A DNA stretch of 64,000 nt from contig JAFTZH010000035.1 of NCBI GenBank assembly GCA_017464565.1, positions 213,838 to 277,837 of the forward strand, read 5' to 3'. This document shows, piece after piece, positions 17,282-27,436 of this stretch (position 1 is the stretch's first letter; each line of letters begins with the position of its first letter). This stretch comes from Clostridia bacterium. GTDB taxonomy: Bacteria; Bacillota; Clostridia; Oscillospirales; CAG-272. Position numbers and translations under genes: made by a program. The notes beneath the pieces were generated by a model. That model made no database searches, was not told where the DNA came from, and saw nothing but the letters and a program-made list of their open reading frames with translations.

Positions 17282-20199
17282 TCGCTTTTCTCTGTTTCTT
17301 TTGTTTTTTCTTTTTTATCGGAATCCAAGCTGCTTTGCATAGCCTCTACCGTAAAATAATCTCTCGGAGGCAGGCACAAGCCCATAGCCGCAAATACGGG
17401 AAGCATAGACAGCATTTGAACGAGCAATACGAAATATTGATTCAAATATCCCGAAAATCCAAGAACAAACGACAGCGTAAGAAGTCCGCATACGAGTCCG
17501 AAAACTACCCATTGGGCAATGTTCATAATCCTTGATATTTTATTTAATCTCTTGCACCATACTACTCCCTCGATAAGCTTGAATCTCGAAGAGGAAACCA
17601 CCATACCCGTCATTTCCGCGGGCGCGCCGTTTTTCTCGGAATAAAGATCCATTACGTTTTTATGTATAACGTTTATCGGCACGTGTCTGTTTTTACGGCA
17701 GCGAGCGGTAAACGCGCTGTTTATTACGGGATCGTAGGTTTCTATCGCGCATTTGATTCCGTTTTCAGCCATTCTCGAAACGAGCATCTCAAACAGAGGC
17801 TCGGATTTATATCTCAGGCAAAGTCTTGCCGAGGGGCGTCCGTCGATAACGAAGCCGAGAATACCGTCGTCGCTTTCGGTCTCTCCCTTGGGAAAGGCTA
17901 TTCCGTATCTTCTCATAAACGACTCGTCTCCGAGAATAATGCTGTGCGCGGAATCTACGAGAGCCTCGACGCCGTTGCGCGCGATTCTGCGTATTCTCAC
18001 CGTATGCTTGCTTGCCGATACGCCGCCGAAAACGTCCTTCATAGGTCCGCCGATAACTCCGTAGAGCGCGTCAAGATATTCGACCACCGTTTTGGTATTT
18101 TTCTCGTCTAAAATAACTATTCCGTTATCCTGCGGCAACGCCTTTTTGAAAAGGTGCATATCGTTGAAAACGATATAATCGCAGTCGGCGTATTTATGAA
18201 CCATAGATTCGCTCGCAACGGCTATCTCGCGCGAATACAGTCTTGAAGACGTTTTGTATAGCGGAAAGCTCCGCGACGCCAGAGAGGCGAGCGGGCATAG
18301 CGCCGTAAGCGTTATTATGAATATCGACAAAGCCGCGTCCGCCGTACTTCCGAGCATAGCGCTCACTATAAGCGCCGCGGTACTCAAAAGCACGATAGGC
18401 GTTATCATATAGCTTATCGAAAATCCCGCGCCCGACGACGAATTTATAGCCGAAAAATAGCCGTTCGGAAATTCTATCTCACAAGGCTCGAATACGTTTT
18501 TATCGTAAGGCAATCCGCCCCGATACATTTTTTCTGCCGACGAGCCGACGCCGCCTTCCGTATTGAAGGTGAATTTTTTCTTATCCGAGGAATATACCGC
18601 AAAGCACTTCATCTCTCTGCAAACCTCAAGGTATTCCGTAACGAGCGCAAAAAGGATATATACCGAAGCGAGCATTCCAAAGGTATACGATACCGTTTCG
18701 GGAGAAATAATAATGAGCGCCAGATCGTACACCAAAACGAACAGTACCGCAAAGGATACCGCAGACCATCCGTCGGCTTTAAGCGAAAATACCTTTTTAA
18801 AACCGCCCCAAAGCTCTCTCCACGCAAGAGCCGCCGAAAGAACGAGCATCTGCATTCCTATAAGTATATACGCCGTGGGATATCTGCTGTAACTCGGAAG
18901 CGTTTCGGTAACTATATCCAATACGGGAAACAGCTCGTAAATAAACAGCAAAAAGGTGAAAAAAGCACATCCGATAAGGCGCAGAAGCGTAAATTTACGC
19001 TCTCGCTTGTAGGATTCGAGAAGCGCGTCGGTCTGTTCGTCGGATTCAAACTCCTCACCTTCAAAAGCAAACGCCTCGGAGGGATCTATCTCTTCCCTTT
19101 CGTCCAACCTTGATGCGTTGACGTATTGCTCAACTCTCTCTGCGGCAACGTGGCTTCTCGCCGCGTTTATATCTCCTACCTCAAGCATAATTCCGAGCAT
19201 AGCGTCGTCTATCTCGTCAATCTCTCCGATACCGTCATCACCGTCGTGAGGATTATCGGTATCTCCGAAATCCATAACTATCTGTTCCTCATCTTCGGTA
19301 TCGGGAAGGCTTTCGTCATCGTAAGCGTATTCCCCGTCCGCAGAGGAAAGATTTTCAAAAAGAGCAAGCTGTCCGTCGTCGCCGCTGAAAAATTCCGCCT
19401 CGTCCTCCTCCGCTTCCTCAAAAGCGTCGGCACCGTCTGTCTTTTCGGTTATAGGCAAATCTTCCTCCGTCAGCTCCTCGCAGACCTCGGCGGCAAGCTC
19501 ATCCACGTCGGCTTCCTCCTCGTCAAAAATATCTTCGAGGTCTTCCTCGTCCGCGCAGTTTTCTTCCGTGCCGCCGTGGGCTTCGGCGTGCAGAAGTACT
19601 ATCTCTCCGTCCTCGTTTTCTATAAATATACCGTCCTCGGAATCGTCCTCCGAGTCCTCCTCAATATCCTCACGTTTGAAAAGAAGCTCACCCTCAAGCT
19701 CCTCCCCGCCCTCAAGCTCGGAAAAGGTCAGCCCGCCGTCATTATCCTCAAGCTCTGAATCCCCCAAGCTCTCATCTGCGTCGTTTTGTATAACTTCATC
19801 CTCCATATCGAACGGAGGAATACCGTCGTCATCGTCATCTATCTGCTCTGCCTCGCTGTCCGCGCCGTCCTCACGCTCCGACATTATCTCGTCGTCAGCC
19901 TCTTGCTCCAATGATATCTCGTCATCAGGGTCCGCGGTCTCCGACTCGGCAGCCGACTCCGACAGAAAATCATCGTCAAGCGTATACGAAAAAGAGTCCG
20001 CCTCGTAATCGGATTTTTTATCCTCGTTTATATCTCCGCTCAAAAAACGGTCCTTCAGCTTTTGCCGAAGCTCCTCGTGAGAAAGCGCTCCGCCGTCGTC
20101 CGTCGAATTCTTATCGTCGGGGGCTTTCTCCGCGGTACCGTCCTCGTACGAGCTTTTGAGTAGCTTCAGAATATCGTCTATATTCTGCTCTTTATTCAT
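17278..20199 (-). CDS. degenerate P-type (P1B-like) ATPase homolog with a long acidic N-terminal region; predicted catalytically inactive
   Basis: 973 aa. Residues 1 to about 390 are extremely D/E-rich. The rest has P1B-like TM and loop architecture, but CPC is replaced by CPL, DKTGT by NDMHL, TGD by YDP, and GDGxND is lost. RBS GGAGGAG. Confidence 0.6.
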   Translation of the reverse strand: MNKEQNIDDILKLLKSSYEDGTAEKAPDDKNSTDDGGALSHEELRQKLKDRFLSGDINEDKKSDYEADSFSYTLDDDFLSESAAESETADPDDEISLEQEADDEIMSEREDGADSEAEQIDDDDDGIPPFDMEDEVIQNDADESLGDSELEDNDGGLTFSELEGGEELEGELLFKREDIEEDSEDDSEDGIFIENEDGEIVLLHAEAHGGTEENCADEEDLEDIFDEEEADVDELAAEVCEELTEEDLPITEKTDGADAFEEAEEDEAEFFSGDDGQLALFENLSSADGEYAYDDESLPDTEDEEQIVMDFGDTDNPHDGDDGIGEIDEIDDAMLGIMLEVGDINAARSHVAAERVEQYVNASRLDEREEIDPSEAFAFEGEEFESDEQTDALLESYKRERKFTLLRLIGCAFFTFLLFIYELFPVLDIVTETLPSYSRYPTAYILIGMQMLVLSAALAWRELWGGFKKVFSLKADGWSAVSFAVLFVLVYDLALIIISPETVSYTFGMLASVYILFALVTEYLEVCREMKCFAVYSSDKKKFTFNTEGGVGSSAEKMYRGGLPYDKNVFEPCEIEFPNGYFSAINSSSGAGFSISYMITPIVLLSTAALIVSAMLGSTADAALSIFIITLTALCPLASLASRSFPLYKTSSRLYSREIAVASESMVHKYADCDYIVFNDMHLFKKALPQDNGIVILDEKNTKTVVEYLDALYGVIGGPMKDVFGGVSASKHTVRIRRIARNGVEALVDSAHSIILGDESFMRRYGIAFPKGETESDDGILGFVIDGRPSARLCLRYKSEPLFEMLVSRMAENGIKCAIETYDPVINSAFTARCRKNRHVPINVIHKNVMDLYSEKNGAPAEMTGMVVSSSRFKLIEGVVWCKRLNKISRIMNIAQWVVFGLVCGLLTLSFVLGFSGYLNQYFVLLVQMLSMLPVFAAMGLCLPPRDYFTVEAMQSSLDSDKKEKTKETEKSE

Positions 20200-20235
20200 A
20201 CTGCTTCTCCTCCTGACCGAGATTCGTTAGGATAA

Positions 20236-21075
20236 TCAATGTCCTCTGTGCTGCTTTGACGCCTCCGCAAGAAGTATCGCGGCAGCGGTGGATACGTTAA
20301 AGGAATTTACCTTTCCGTACATAGGAATAGAAACTATATAATCCGATTTTTCTTTGGCGAGCTTGGAGACTCCGTCTCCCTCGCTTCCGAAAATTATTGC
20401 GCACGGGCATTTGAAATCGGTATCGTAATAAGCTTCTCCGCCTGCCTCGGCTGCAAATATCCAAAGCCCCTTTTCCTTAAGCTCGTCTATACAAGCCGCT
20501 ATATTAGGAACCTTCGCTATGGCTATATGCTCGATAGCTCCCGCCGACGCCTTTGATACGACGGGGGTAAGTCCGACCGCGCGCCTTTTGGGAATTATTA
20601 TACCGTGCGCTCCCACGCCCTCGGCGCATCTTATAAGAGCCCCCAGATTATGAGGGTCGGATATTCCGTCGGATATTGCCAAAAGCGGCTTTTCTCCCCG
20701 CTCTCTCGCAATCTCGAGTATATCGTCAATCGTGGAATATTCCTTCTCCGCCGCCATTGCGACGACTCACTGATGCGGTATACCGTCCGCCATTTTATCA
20801 AGCTTTATCTTGTCAGCCTCGACTATCGGTATCTTCTTTTCGATAGCCTCGGCGACTATTACCACGATAGAGCCCTCCCGCTCGCCTCGCTGAACGAATA
20901 TTTTATCCACCGCTCTGCCCGAACGCAAAAGCTCCCTGACGGCATTGCGCCCCGCGACGATATTTTCAGAGACCTCCTCCGGTACCTCGTCGTATCTGGT
21001 TTTAGCATTGTCGCGCGTACGGTTCACTTTGCCGCCGTAAACACCCTTTCGGTTTCCGTATTTTTTATCGTTCAT
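20236..21075 (-). pseudogene. rlmB: 23S rRNA 2'-O-methyltransferase RlmB interrupted by one in-frame TGA (split into 102-aa and 173-aa ORFs)
   Basis: The N-terminal ORF ends ..DGIPHQ-TGA (20767-20769). The SpoU-domain ORF continues 9 nt later in the same frame (VVA-MAAEKEY..DPHNLGALIRCAEGVGAHGIIIP). Confidence 0.65.
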
Positions 21076-21224
21076 TAGTTCAGAGCCCTCTCAATACAAT
21101 ATTATTATCTAATTGTAACATATTTTCTCGATTTTGTATAGAGCAAGTATAAAAATAATCAAATTTTTCTTCTTTTTTCGATAAAATTCAGCCGAGACTT
21201 GACGAACGTAGCCTCGGCTTGAAA

Positions 21225-21671
21225 TTATTTTCTTTTTTTAAGACTGCTGAGTTCCTTGATAAAGGTATCTATATCCTTAAACTCTCGGTAAACCGACGCA
21301 AAGCGGACGTAAGCCACCTCATCGCGTGCCTTGAGCTTGTCCATAACCATCTCGCCTATCTCCTTGGTTGAAACCTCGGCAGACAGCGAATTCTGAAGCT
21401 CGTTCTCTATCTCGCTTACTATCTCCTCGGCGTTGACGGGTCTTTTCTCGCACGCCTTAAGAATACCCGACAGCAGCTTGTTTCTTTCAAATATCTCTTT
21501 TGTTCCGTTTTTCTTTACTACGAACATCTGAACCGTCTCGATTATCTCGTAGGTAGTAAATCTTTTCTGGCAGGCAAGACACTCTCTGCGCCGTCTGATA
21601 CTGTTTCCCTCGGGCATAGGTCTCGAGTCGATAACCTTACAATCGGCGTTTCCGCAAGCGGGACATTTCAT
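21225..21671 (-). CDS. nrdR: transcriptional repressor NrdR
   Basis: 148 aa with a zinc ribbon [12 protein letters not shown] followed by an ATP-cone. Confidence 0.9.
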   Translation of the reverse strand: MKCPACGNADCKVIDSRPMPEGNSIRRRRECLACQKRFTTYEIIETVQMFVVKKNGTKEIFERNKLLSGILKACEKRPVNAEEIVSEIENELQNSLSAEVSTKEIGEMVMDKLKARDEVAYVRFASVYREFKDIDTFIKELSSLKKRK

Positions 21672-21930
21672 ATTCGCGTTCCTTTTGCGCCTTACGGCGC
21701 ACCTTTCCTTCCGTTTTACATCTTAATTCATTATATCATAAAATTTCCGCAAAGTAAAGTTTTTTTGAAAATCTATTCCACATTTTCCAAATTATGAAAA
21801 AAATATGAGAATACTATATCTTTCTGCCAGAAGCATTCTTTTCTGCCAAGATTTAATCATAGACAGCGGCTGCTTTTTCAAGATATAATTATATCGTAAA
21901 ATACGCGTTACTATAAATCAGGAGGTAAAA

Positions 21931-22209
21931 ATGAATATTTTCAAAAAAGCTCAATCTTTACATATAAAAGAAGCCCTTTCGACTATTTCAAAATATTCCG
22001 GAAGAATTCTCAATATAGGTCTTCCGACAGTTCTTTTTTATTTCTCGGTAATTCTTAGCGATATGCTGTCGTCGGGTCTGCCCGGATATATTCTCGCAAA
22101 GACCTATTTCAACGCTCTCGAGCATATTCTAATGAGCACCACGCTGATAATTCTCGGAGCGGTTTTGATAGATTTTCTCGACAGAAGAAAAAGAAACGGT
22201 ACGCTTTAA
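21931..22209 (+). CDS. small hypothetical membrane protein
   Basis: 92 aa with two hydrophobic helices. RBS AGGAGG lies 6 nt upstream. Confidence 0.5.
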   Translation: MNIFKKAQSLHIKEALSTISKYSGRILNIGLPTVLFYFSVILSDMLSSGLPGYILAKTYFNALEHILMSTTLIILGAVLIDFLDRRKRNGTL

Positions 22210-22284
22210 GCTTTTTTTCACCAATACCCGTCGGAAACGCATATACTTTCTATCGAAGCAATATATAGAAAGGAAGGTTATCCG

Positions 22285-22722
22285 ATGAATAATAATTCTC
22301 AAATTCCTTCGGCAAACAGCGGTATGGGATATCTCGTCGTAAAGGTATCCACCGCCAGAGGAGCTATCCCGCTTGAGGACGCCTCGGTAAATATCAGAGG
22401 AACGGGAGCGGAAAGCTCCGATATAATTTACTCGCTGACGACCAACCGAGACGGGCTTACCGAAAAGGTCTCTCTTCCCGCCCCGCCGCGCGCATACTCC
22501 GAATCCCCGCAGGACAACGTCCCTTACGCCTTGTACGATATAGAGGTCTTTAAGGACGGATATCAAAACCTATCTTTTACCAACGTGGCAGTATTCGATT
22601 CTATAACGTCTATCCAGCCCGCCGTTATGATACCTCTGCGCGCCAACAGATTTCCCGACGCCTTCTCAACCGAATCTGACAATAACCCGTCGGACGCTGA
22701 ATTTTCGGGTACGGGGAGGTAA
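22285..22722 (+). CDS. carboxypeptidase-regulatory-like (beta-sandwich) domain protein
   Basis: 145 aa with GYLVVKVSTARGAIPLEDASVNIRG and TNRDGLTEKVSLP. RBS GAAAGGAAGG. Confidence 0.55.
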   Translation: MNNNSQIPSANSGMGYLVVKVSTARGAIPLEDASVNIRGTGAESSDIIYSLTTNRDGLTEKVSLPAPPRAYSESPQDNVPYALYDIEVFKDGYQNLSFTNVAVFDSITSIQPAVMIPLRANRFPDAFSTESDNNPSDAEFSGTGR

Positions 22723-22727
22723 TTGAT

Positions 22728-24134
22728 TTGGACGCTTATATACCATTTATTCCCGAAACCATAACGGTGCACCTCGGTCCTCCGAACTCCGATGCCGAAA
22801 ACGTAACCATACCCTTTATCGACTACATAGCCAACGTCGCCTCAAGCGAGATATATCCCACCTGGCCCGAAAATGCCGTAAGAGCGAATATTTACGCGCA
22901 GATATCCTTTGCGCTCAACAGAATATACACCGAATATTACCGCTCGCGCGGTTATAACTTCGATATAACGAACTCTACGGGAATAGATCAATCGTTCGTA
23001 AACGGACGCGATATTTTTGAAAATATATATCAGATAGTAAGTGAGATATTCAATGATTATCTCTCCCGTCAAGGAAGCGTTGAACCTCTGTTCGCACAAT
23101 ACTGCGACGGTATTGAGGTCGTATGCGACGGACTATCTCAATGGGGCTCGGTAGACCTTGCAAATAACGGATATACACCGTACGAGATTCTGACCTACTA
23201 CTACGGAGACGACATAGATATAGTCCGAAACGCCCCCGTGCAGAGTATTACGGCAAGCTTTCCCGAAACGCCTCTGCGTCTCGGAAGCGCGGGAGACTCG
23301 GTACGCGCCCTGCAGATACGTCTCAACAGAATATCCGACAATTATCCGTCTATACCGAAGATAGCCGTTCCCGACGGGGTGTTTTCTTACGACACCGAGG
23401 AGGCGGTAAAAAAATTTCAGGAAATATTCTCTCTCACTCCCGACGGAATCGTGGGAAAGGCGACGTGGTACAGAACGCAGTTTATATACAACGCGGTCAA
23501 ACGCCTGAACGAGCTTGACTCGGAGGGTATTTCTCTGTCCGAGGTAAGCGATCAATACTCCGAATCTCTCGAAGCGGGAGATGAGGGCGTTGAGGTGGCT
23601 AATCTGCAATATTTCATAAATTATCTCTCCGCCTTTTACGATACGATTCCCTCTCTCGATATCGACGGTATATACGGTCCCTCCACCGAAAACGCGGTAA
23701 GAGCCGTACAGCAAGCCTTCGGTCTCCCCGTAACGGGGGTTCTCGACCTTGACACCTGGGAGGCTATATACCGCACCTATCTCGGCTTCGTAGCCACCAT
23801 TCCTCTCAAATACGTTGAAGGAAATATCATTCCCTATCCTGGTATTCCGCTTCGTCTCGGTTCCTCGTCGGACGCCGTAACTCTGCTTCAGGAATATCTC
23901 AATTTCGTCGCCGCGGTATATACCGAAATTCCCACTATACCCGTAACGGGCTATTTCGGAACGCAGACGCAAAACGCCGTTCTCGCGTTCCAGCGCCTGT
24001 CCGGCATTCGTCCGACCGGCACCGTAGCCGCCGCCACCTGGCTGGCGCTGACCACTCTTTACAGCGATCTTTACAACGGCTCGCGTCTCAACGACGGACA
24101 GTTTCCGGGCTTTAACGTAGGCGAAGCTCAATAG
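22728..24134 (+). CDS. SleC-like peptidoglycan-binding protein (putative spore cortex-lytic enzyme family)
   Basis: TTG start 8 nt after GGGGAGG. A conserved N-terminal region is followed by three PG_binding_1-type repeats (LRLGSxGDxV..LQ....DG.FG..T..AV..FQ). Confidence 0.6.
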   Translation: MDAYIPFIPETITVHLGPPNSDAENVTIPFIDYIANVASSEIYPTWPENAVRANIYAQISFALNRIYTEYYRSRGYNFDITNSTGIDQSFVNGRDIFENIYQIVSEIFNDYLSRQGSVEPLFAQYCDGIEVVCDGLSQWGSVDLANNGYTPYEILTYYYGDDIDIVRNAPVQSITASFPETPLRLGSAGDSVRALQIRLNRISDNYPSIPKIAVPDGVFSYDTEEAVKKFQEIFSLTPDGIVGKATWYRTQFIYNAVKRLNELDSEGISLSEVSDQYSESLEAGDEGVEVANLQYFINYLSAFYDTIPSLDIDGIYGPSTENAVRAVQQAFGLPVTGVLDLDTWEAIYRTYLGFVATIPLKYVEGNIIPYPGIPLRLGSSSDAVTLLQEYLNFVAAVYTEIPTIPVTGYFGTQTQNAVLAFQRLSGIRPTGTVAAATWLALTTLYSDLYNGSRLNDGQFPGFNVGEAQ

Positions 24135-24150
24135 CTTGAAAGGAGATATT

Positions 24151-24678
24151 ATGGCTCAAATCAGCGAACGGGACGCGGTAACCAATCTTCAAAGATATCT
24201 GCGTCAGCTTTCATATACGGAAAAATCCATTCCGCCTCTCCCGATAGACGGAATATTCGAAAATGCTACGAGAGAAGCGCTTATAGCCTTTCAGCGTCTT
24301 TATTCTCTCTCTCCGAGCGGTGTTGCCGACAGAGAAACCTGGAACAAGCTATACGAGGAATATTTAAAATCAATATCGAAAAATCAGGCTCCCCGTATGC
24401 TTGACCTCTTTCCGAGAGTTCCAGACGACTACTCTCTGCGCCGAGGGGACGAATATTTTCTCGTAAATACGGTTCAATTTCTTTTGAACGAACTGAGGAT
24501 AATATACGATTCCTTCATTCCGCTAGTAATAAGCGGCATATTTGACGAGGCTACCGAAACGAACGTGATGGATTTTCAGAAGAAGAACAAACTTGACGCA
24601 ACGGGGCGCGTAGATAAAGAGACGTGGAATAAGATAATCGAAGCGTATGAAAATTACGCGGGCGGTTACTTAAAGTAA
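24151..24678 (+). CDS. peptidoglycan-binding domain protein (two PG_binding_1 repeats)
   Basis: ATG 24151 follows AAAGGAG, so the TTG 24136 in the track is probably too long. The repeat pattern is LQRYLRQL..IDGIFENATREALIAFQR. Confidence 0.65.
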   Translation: MAQISERDAVTNLQRYLRQLSYTEKSIPPLPIDGIFENATREALIAFQRLYSLSPSGVADRETWNKLYEEYLKSISKNQAPRMLDLFPRVPDDYSLRRGDEYFLVNTVQFLLNELRIIYDSFIPLVISGIFDEATETNVMDFQKKNKLDATGRVDKETWNKIIEAYENYAGGYLK

Positions 24679-24814
24679 CTTACAGTACTTCGACGGATAT
24701 TTTTAATATTTGGCGTCGTAAAATAAAGTAAAGATAAATAATATTTATCGGATAAGTCAATAATCCTTTTGAATATCTTTATCAAAGAAAAGAAATTAAA
24801 GAAGGTCTTACGTT

Positions 24815-27256
24815 ATGGCTAACAGATTTACGCAAAAAGCTCAAAATTCACTTAAACGGGCGTACTCTCTCGCGGAGGAGCTTGGACATACTTATATAGG
24901 CTCGGAGCATATCCTCCTCTCGCTTGTCTCCGAGAAGGATTCGATATCGGCAAAAATGCTCTCCTCTCACGGAGCTGACTTCGGTATGCTTCGTGATAAG
25001 CTTGCCGAAACGGCGGGAACGGGCGAGCCTTATCCCATACTTTCCTCCGATATGACACCGAAAGCAAAAAAAATAATCGAGGCCTCCGCTGCTGAATCGG
25101 GCAAGGGTTCCTCTTATATAGGCACCGAGCATATTCTGTTAGCTCTTCTGAACGAGCGTGAATGCTCCGCTGTAAAGCTTCTTGAGGTCTGCGGGGTTTC
25201 GGTATGCGACGTGCGTAACGACGTAACCTCGTATATATCCTCATCAGAGCGAAGCAGCGTAAATCTGCGGAACGGAAAAAAAGAGGATACCTCCGCTATT
25301 TCGGGTGCTCCCGCCCTATCGCTTTACGGACGGGATCTGACTGCTCTCGCGTCCTGCGGAAAGCTCGACACAATAGTCGGACGCGAGAGTGAAACCGAGC
25401 ACGTCATACGCGTCCTGTCAAGACGAATAAAAAACAATCCCTGCCTCGTCGGAGAACCGGGTGTCGGAAAAACTGCGGTCGTCGAGGGCTTGGCTCAACG
25501 GATAATATCGGGGCGCGTTCCCGACGACCTGAGACGCAAAAGAATAATTACGCTTGACGTATCGGCTATGATAGCGGGAGCAAAATACAGAGGAGAATTT
25601 GAGGAGCGTATGAAAAACGTTATGGACGACGTTCTGAAAAATCCCGATATAATCCTTTTTATAGACGAATTTCATATGATAGTCGGAGCGGGTGCCGCCG
25701 AGGGCGCGCTTGACGCCGCGAATATATTGAAGCCCGCTCTCGCAAGAGGTGAGCTTCGTATGATAGGAGCGACCACTATATCCGAATACCGTTCCCATAT
25801 CGAAAAGGACGCCGCGCTTGAGAGAAGATTTCAGCCCGTAACGGTAAACGAGCCTACCGAGGAACAGACTCTTGATATACTGCGCGGACTCCGCCCGAAA
25901 TACGAGGAGCACCACAGGCTGAAGATATCCGACGAGGCACTTGACGCCGCCGTAAAGCTTTCGGTGAGATATATCCCCGACAGATTTCTGCCCGACAAGG
26001 CGATAGACCTTATAGACGAGGCTTCTTCAAAGCTTAAAATATCTTACTCGCCGTCAGACATCTCTGCCGAAACCTCCGATATAAAAACAACGGAGCTTTC
26101 AAGAAAAAAAGAAGAAGCTATTCTCGCGCAGGATTTTACTCTTGCCGCAAAGCTGCGGGATAAAGAAAACGAGCTTCGGCGAGATGCTGTGAAAGTCCGT
26201 TCGGAAGAAAACAATGCTATCGTTCCGCAAGCACTTACGGTAAGCGCGTCGGATATCGCGGAGATAGTTACCGCGTGGACCTCTATACCCGTAAACCGTC
26301 TGATACAGGAGGAAAGTGAAAGACTTCTTCGCCTTGAAGATACACTTAAAGCGTCGGTCATAGGACAGGACTCCGCCGCAGAGAAGCTCGCGCGGGCGGT
26401 AAGGCGCGGGCGCACGGGACTTCGGGACCCTCGGCGCCCCATAGGCTCGTTTATCTTTCTCGGAAAGACAGGAGTTGGAAAGACTGAGCTGTCACGGGCG
26501 CTCGCCGAGGCTATGTTCGGAAGTCCCGACGCGCTTATACGCCTCGATATGTCTGAATATATGGAAAAACACAGCGTATCAAAGCTTATCGGCTCTCCTC
26601 CGGGATACGTCGGTTACGGAGAGGGCGGACAGCTTACCGAAAAGATACGCCGCCGACCATATTCGGTATTGCTTCTCGACGAAATAGAAAAAGCGCATTC
26701 CGACGTTTTCAATCTTCTGCTCTCCGTGCTTGAGGACGGAGTTCTTACCGATTCCACGGGACGCCGCATAGATTTCAAAAACACGGTAATTATTATGACC
26801 TCTAACGTAGGAGCTAGCTATCGCAGGGCGGTATCTCTCGGCTTTTCATCCGCATCGGAAGTGAAGAGCCTCGACTACTCGTCTCGTATTACCGATGAGT
26901 TAAAGGAACGCTTCAGCCCCGAATTTCTAAACAGAATAGACGATATCATAGTATTTGAGCCTCTGTCAAAAAAAGATATCGAAAAGATAGCCGCCGCAAT
27001 GCTCTCAAAGCTTGCGGACAGAGGAAAAGCCCTCGGATTTTCCCTTTCGTTCGATGACGATACCGCGTCGTATTTTGCGGAATACGCATACGACGAAACA
27101 TTCGGCGCGCGCTCGGTTCGCCGAGCGATAGTTCACGAAATCGAAGATAAGCTATCCTCTCTGATTCTCGAAGGCAGAATATCGCAGGGCGACGAAATAA
27201 AAATATCTATGGAAACACAAAATCTCGCGTTTTTCAAAAACGGAGTGAAAATATAG
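24815..27256 (+). CDS. clpC: ATP-dependent Clp protease ATP-binding subunit ClpC
   Basis: 813 aa with Clp_N repeats, two AAA modules ([16 protein letters not shown]) and a middle coiled-coil linker. Confidence 0.9.
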   Translation: MANRFTQKAQNSLKRAYSLAEELGHTYIGSEHILLSLVSEKDSISAKMLSSHGADFGMLRDKLAETAGTGEPYPILSSDMTPKAKKIIEASAAESGKGSSYIGTEHILLALLNERECSAVKLLEVCGVSVCDVRNDVTSYISSSERSSVNLRNGKKEDTSAISGAPALSLYGRDLTALASCGKLDTIVGRESETEHVIRVLSRRIKNNPCLVGEPGVGKTAVVEGLAQRIISGRVPDDLRRKRIITLDVSAMIAGAKYRGEFEERMKNVMDDVLKNPDIILFIDEFHMIVGAGAAEGALDAANILKPALARGELRMIGATTISEYRSHIEKDAALERRFQPVTVNEPTEEQTLDILRGLRPKYEEHHRLKISDEALDAAVKLSVRYIPDRFLPDKAIDLIDEASSKLKISYSPSDISAETSDIKTTELSRKKEEAILAQDFTLAAKLRDKENELRRDAVKVRSEENNAIVPQALTVSASDIAEIVTAWTSIPVNRLIQEESERLLRLEDTLKASVIGQDSAAEKLARAVRRGRTGLRDPRRPIGSFIFLGKTGVGKTELSRALAEAMFGSPDALIRLDMSEYMEKHSVSKLIGSPPGYVGYGEGGQLTEKIRRRPYSVLLLDEIEKAHSDVFNLLLSVLEDGVLTDSTGRRIDFKNTVIIMTSNVGASYRRAVSLGFSSASEVKSLDYSSRITDELKERFSPEFLNRIDDIIVFEPLSKKDIEKIAAAMLSKLADRGKALGFSLSFDDDTASYFAEYAYDETFGARSVRRAIVHEIEDKLSSLILEGRISQGDEIKISMETQNLAFFKNGVKI

Positions 27257-27275
27257 ATATTTATAGATATTTATA

Positions 27276-27436
27276 GGGGAGAAACTTTTTAAAAAAAGTT
27301 TCTCCCCTAACCCCTCTTCAAAAATTTTTAAAAGTTGGGTTTATTTTTGATTTTTACCTTGCTTCCTACGAAAAGCTTAATATAGATTCACGCTATACTC
27401 GGCAGGGGAGTGGCTTTTTGCAAAAAGCCACTCCCC
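27276..27436 (-). repeat. intergenic repeat element copy A, bounded by the two palindromes GGGGAGAAAC..GTTTCTCCCC and GGGGAGTGGCTTTTTGCAAAAAGCCACTCCCC
   Basis: The palindromes lie at 27276-27307 and 27405-27436. The interior aligns, as reverse complement, with 31125-31221 and 52236-52332. Confidence 0.8.

Noticed and set aside
19030-20199. Ser-rich and other plus-strand ORFs (19126-19758, 19568-20008, 19911-20159) in the acidic-region DNA.
   Set aside because: They are the complement of GAx/GAy-rich codons of the D/E-rich N-terminus of the 973-aa protein, so they are shadow frames.
20767-20769. Genome-wide UGA-to-Gly reassignment (code 25-like) as the explanation for the rlmB TGA.
   Set aside because: Many well-defined genes in this window terminate at TGA, directly followed by terminators or the next RBS (for example 9263-9265, 7832-7834, 13984-13986, 3340-3342). 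All other conserved genes are intact under the standard code.
21808-21825. An NrdR-box-like AATACTATATCTTT in the nrdR upstream region.
   Set aside because: It matches only the central CTATAT of the 16-bp palindromic NrdR box as I recall it. There is no second box and no nrd genes nearby.
24679-24814. A CtsR operator upstream of clpC.
   Set aside because: Only a single heptad-like AGTCAAT is present. The second direct repeat expected 3 nt downstream is absent, and no ctsR/mcsAB genes precede clpC.
27254-27276. A tandem ATATTTATAG x2 next to repeat copy A, considered as a target-site duplication.
   Set aside because: Both copies lie on the same side of the element. The other flank (ATATAAATCC) does not repeat it, so it cannot be called a TSD.
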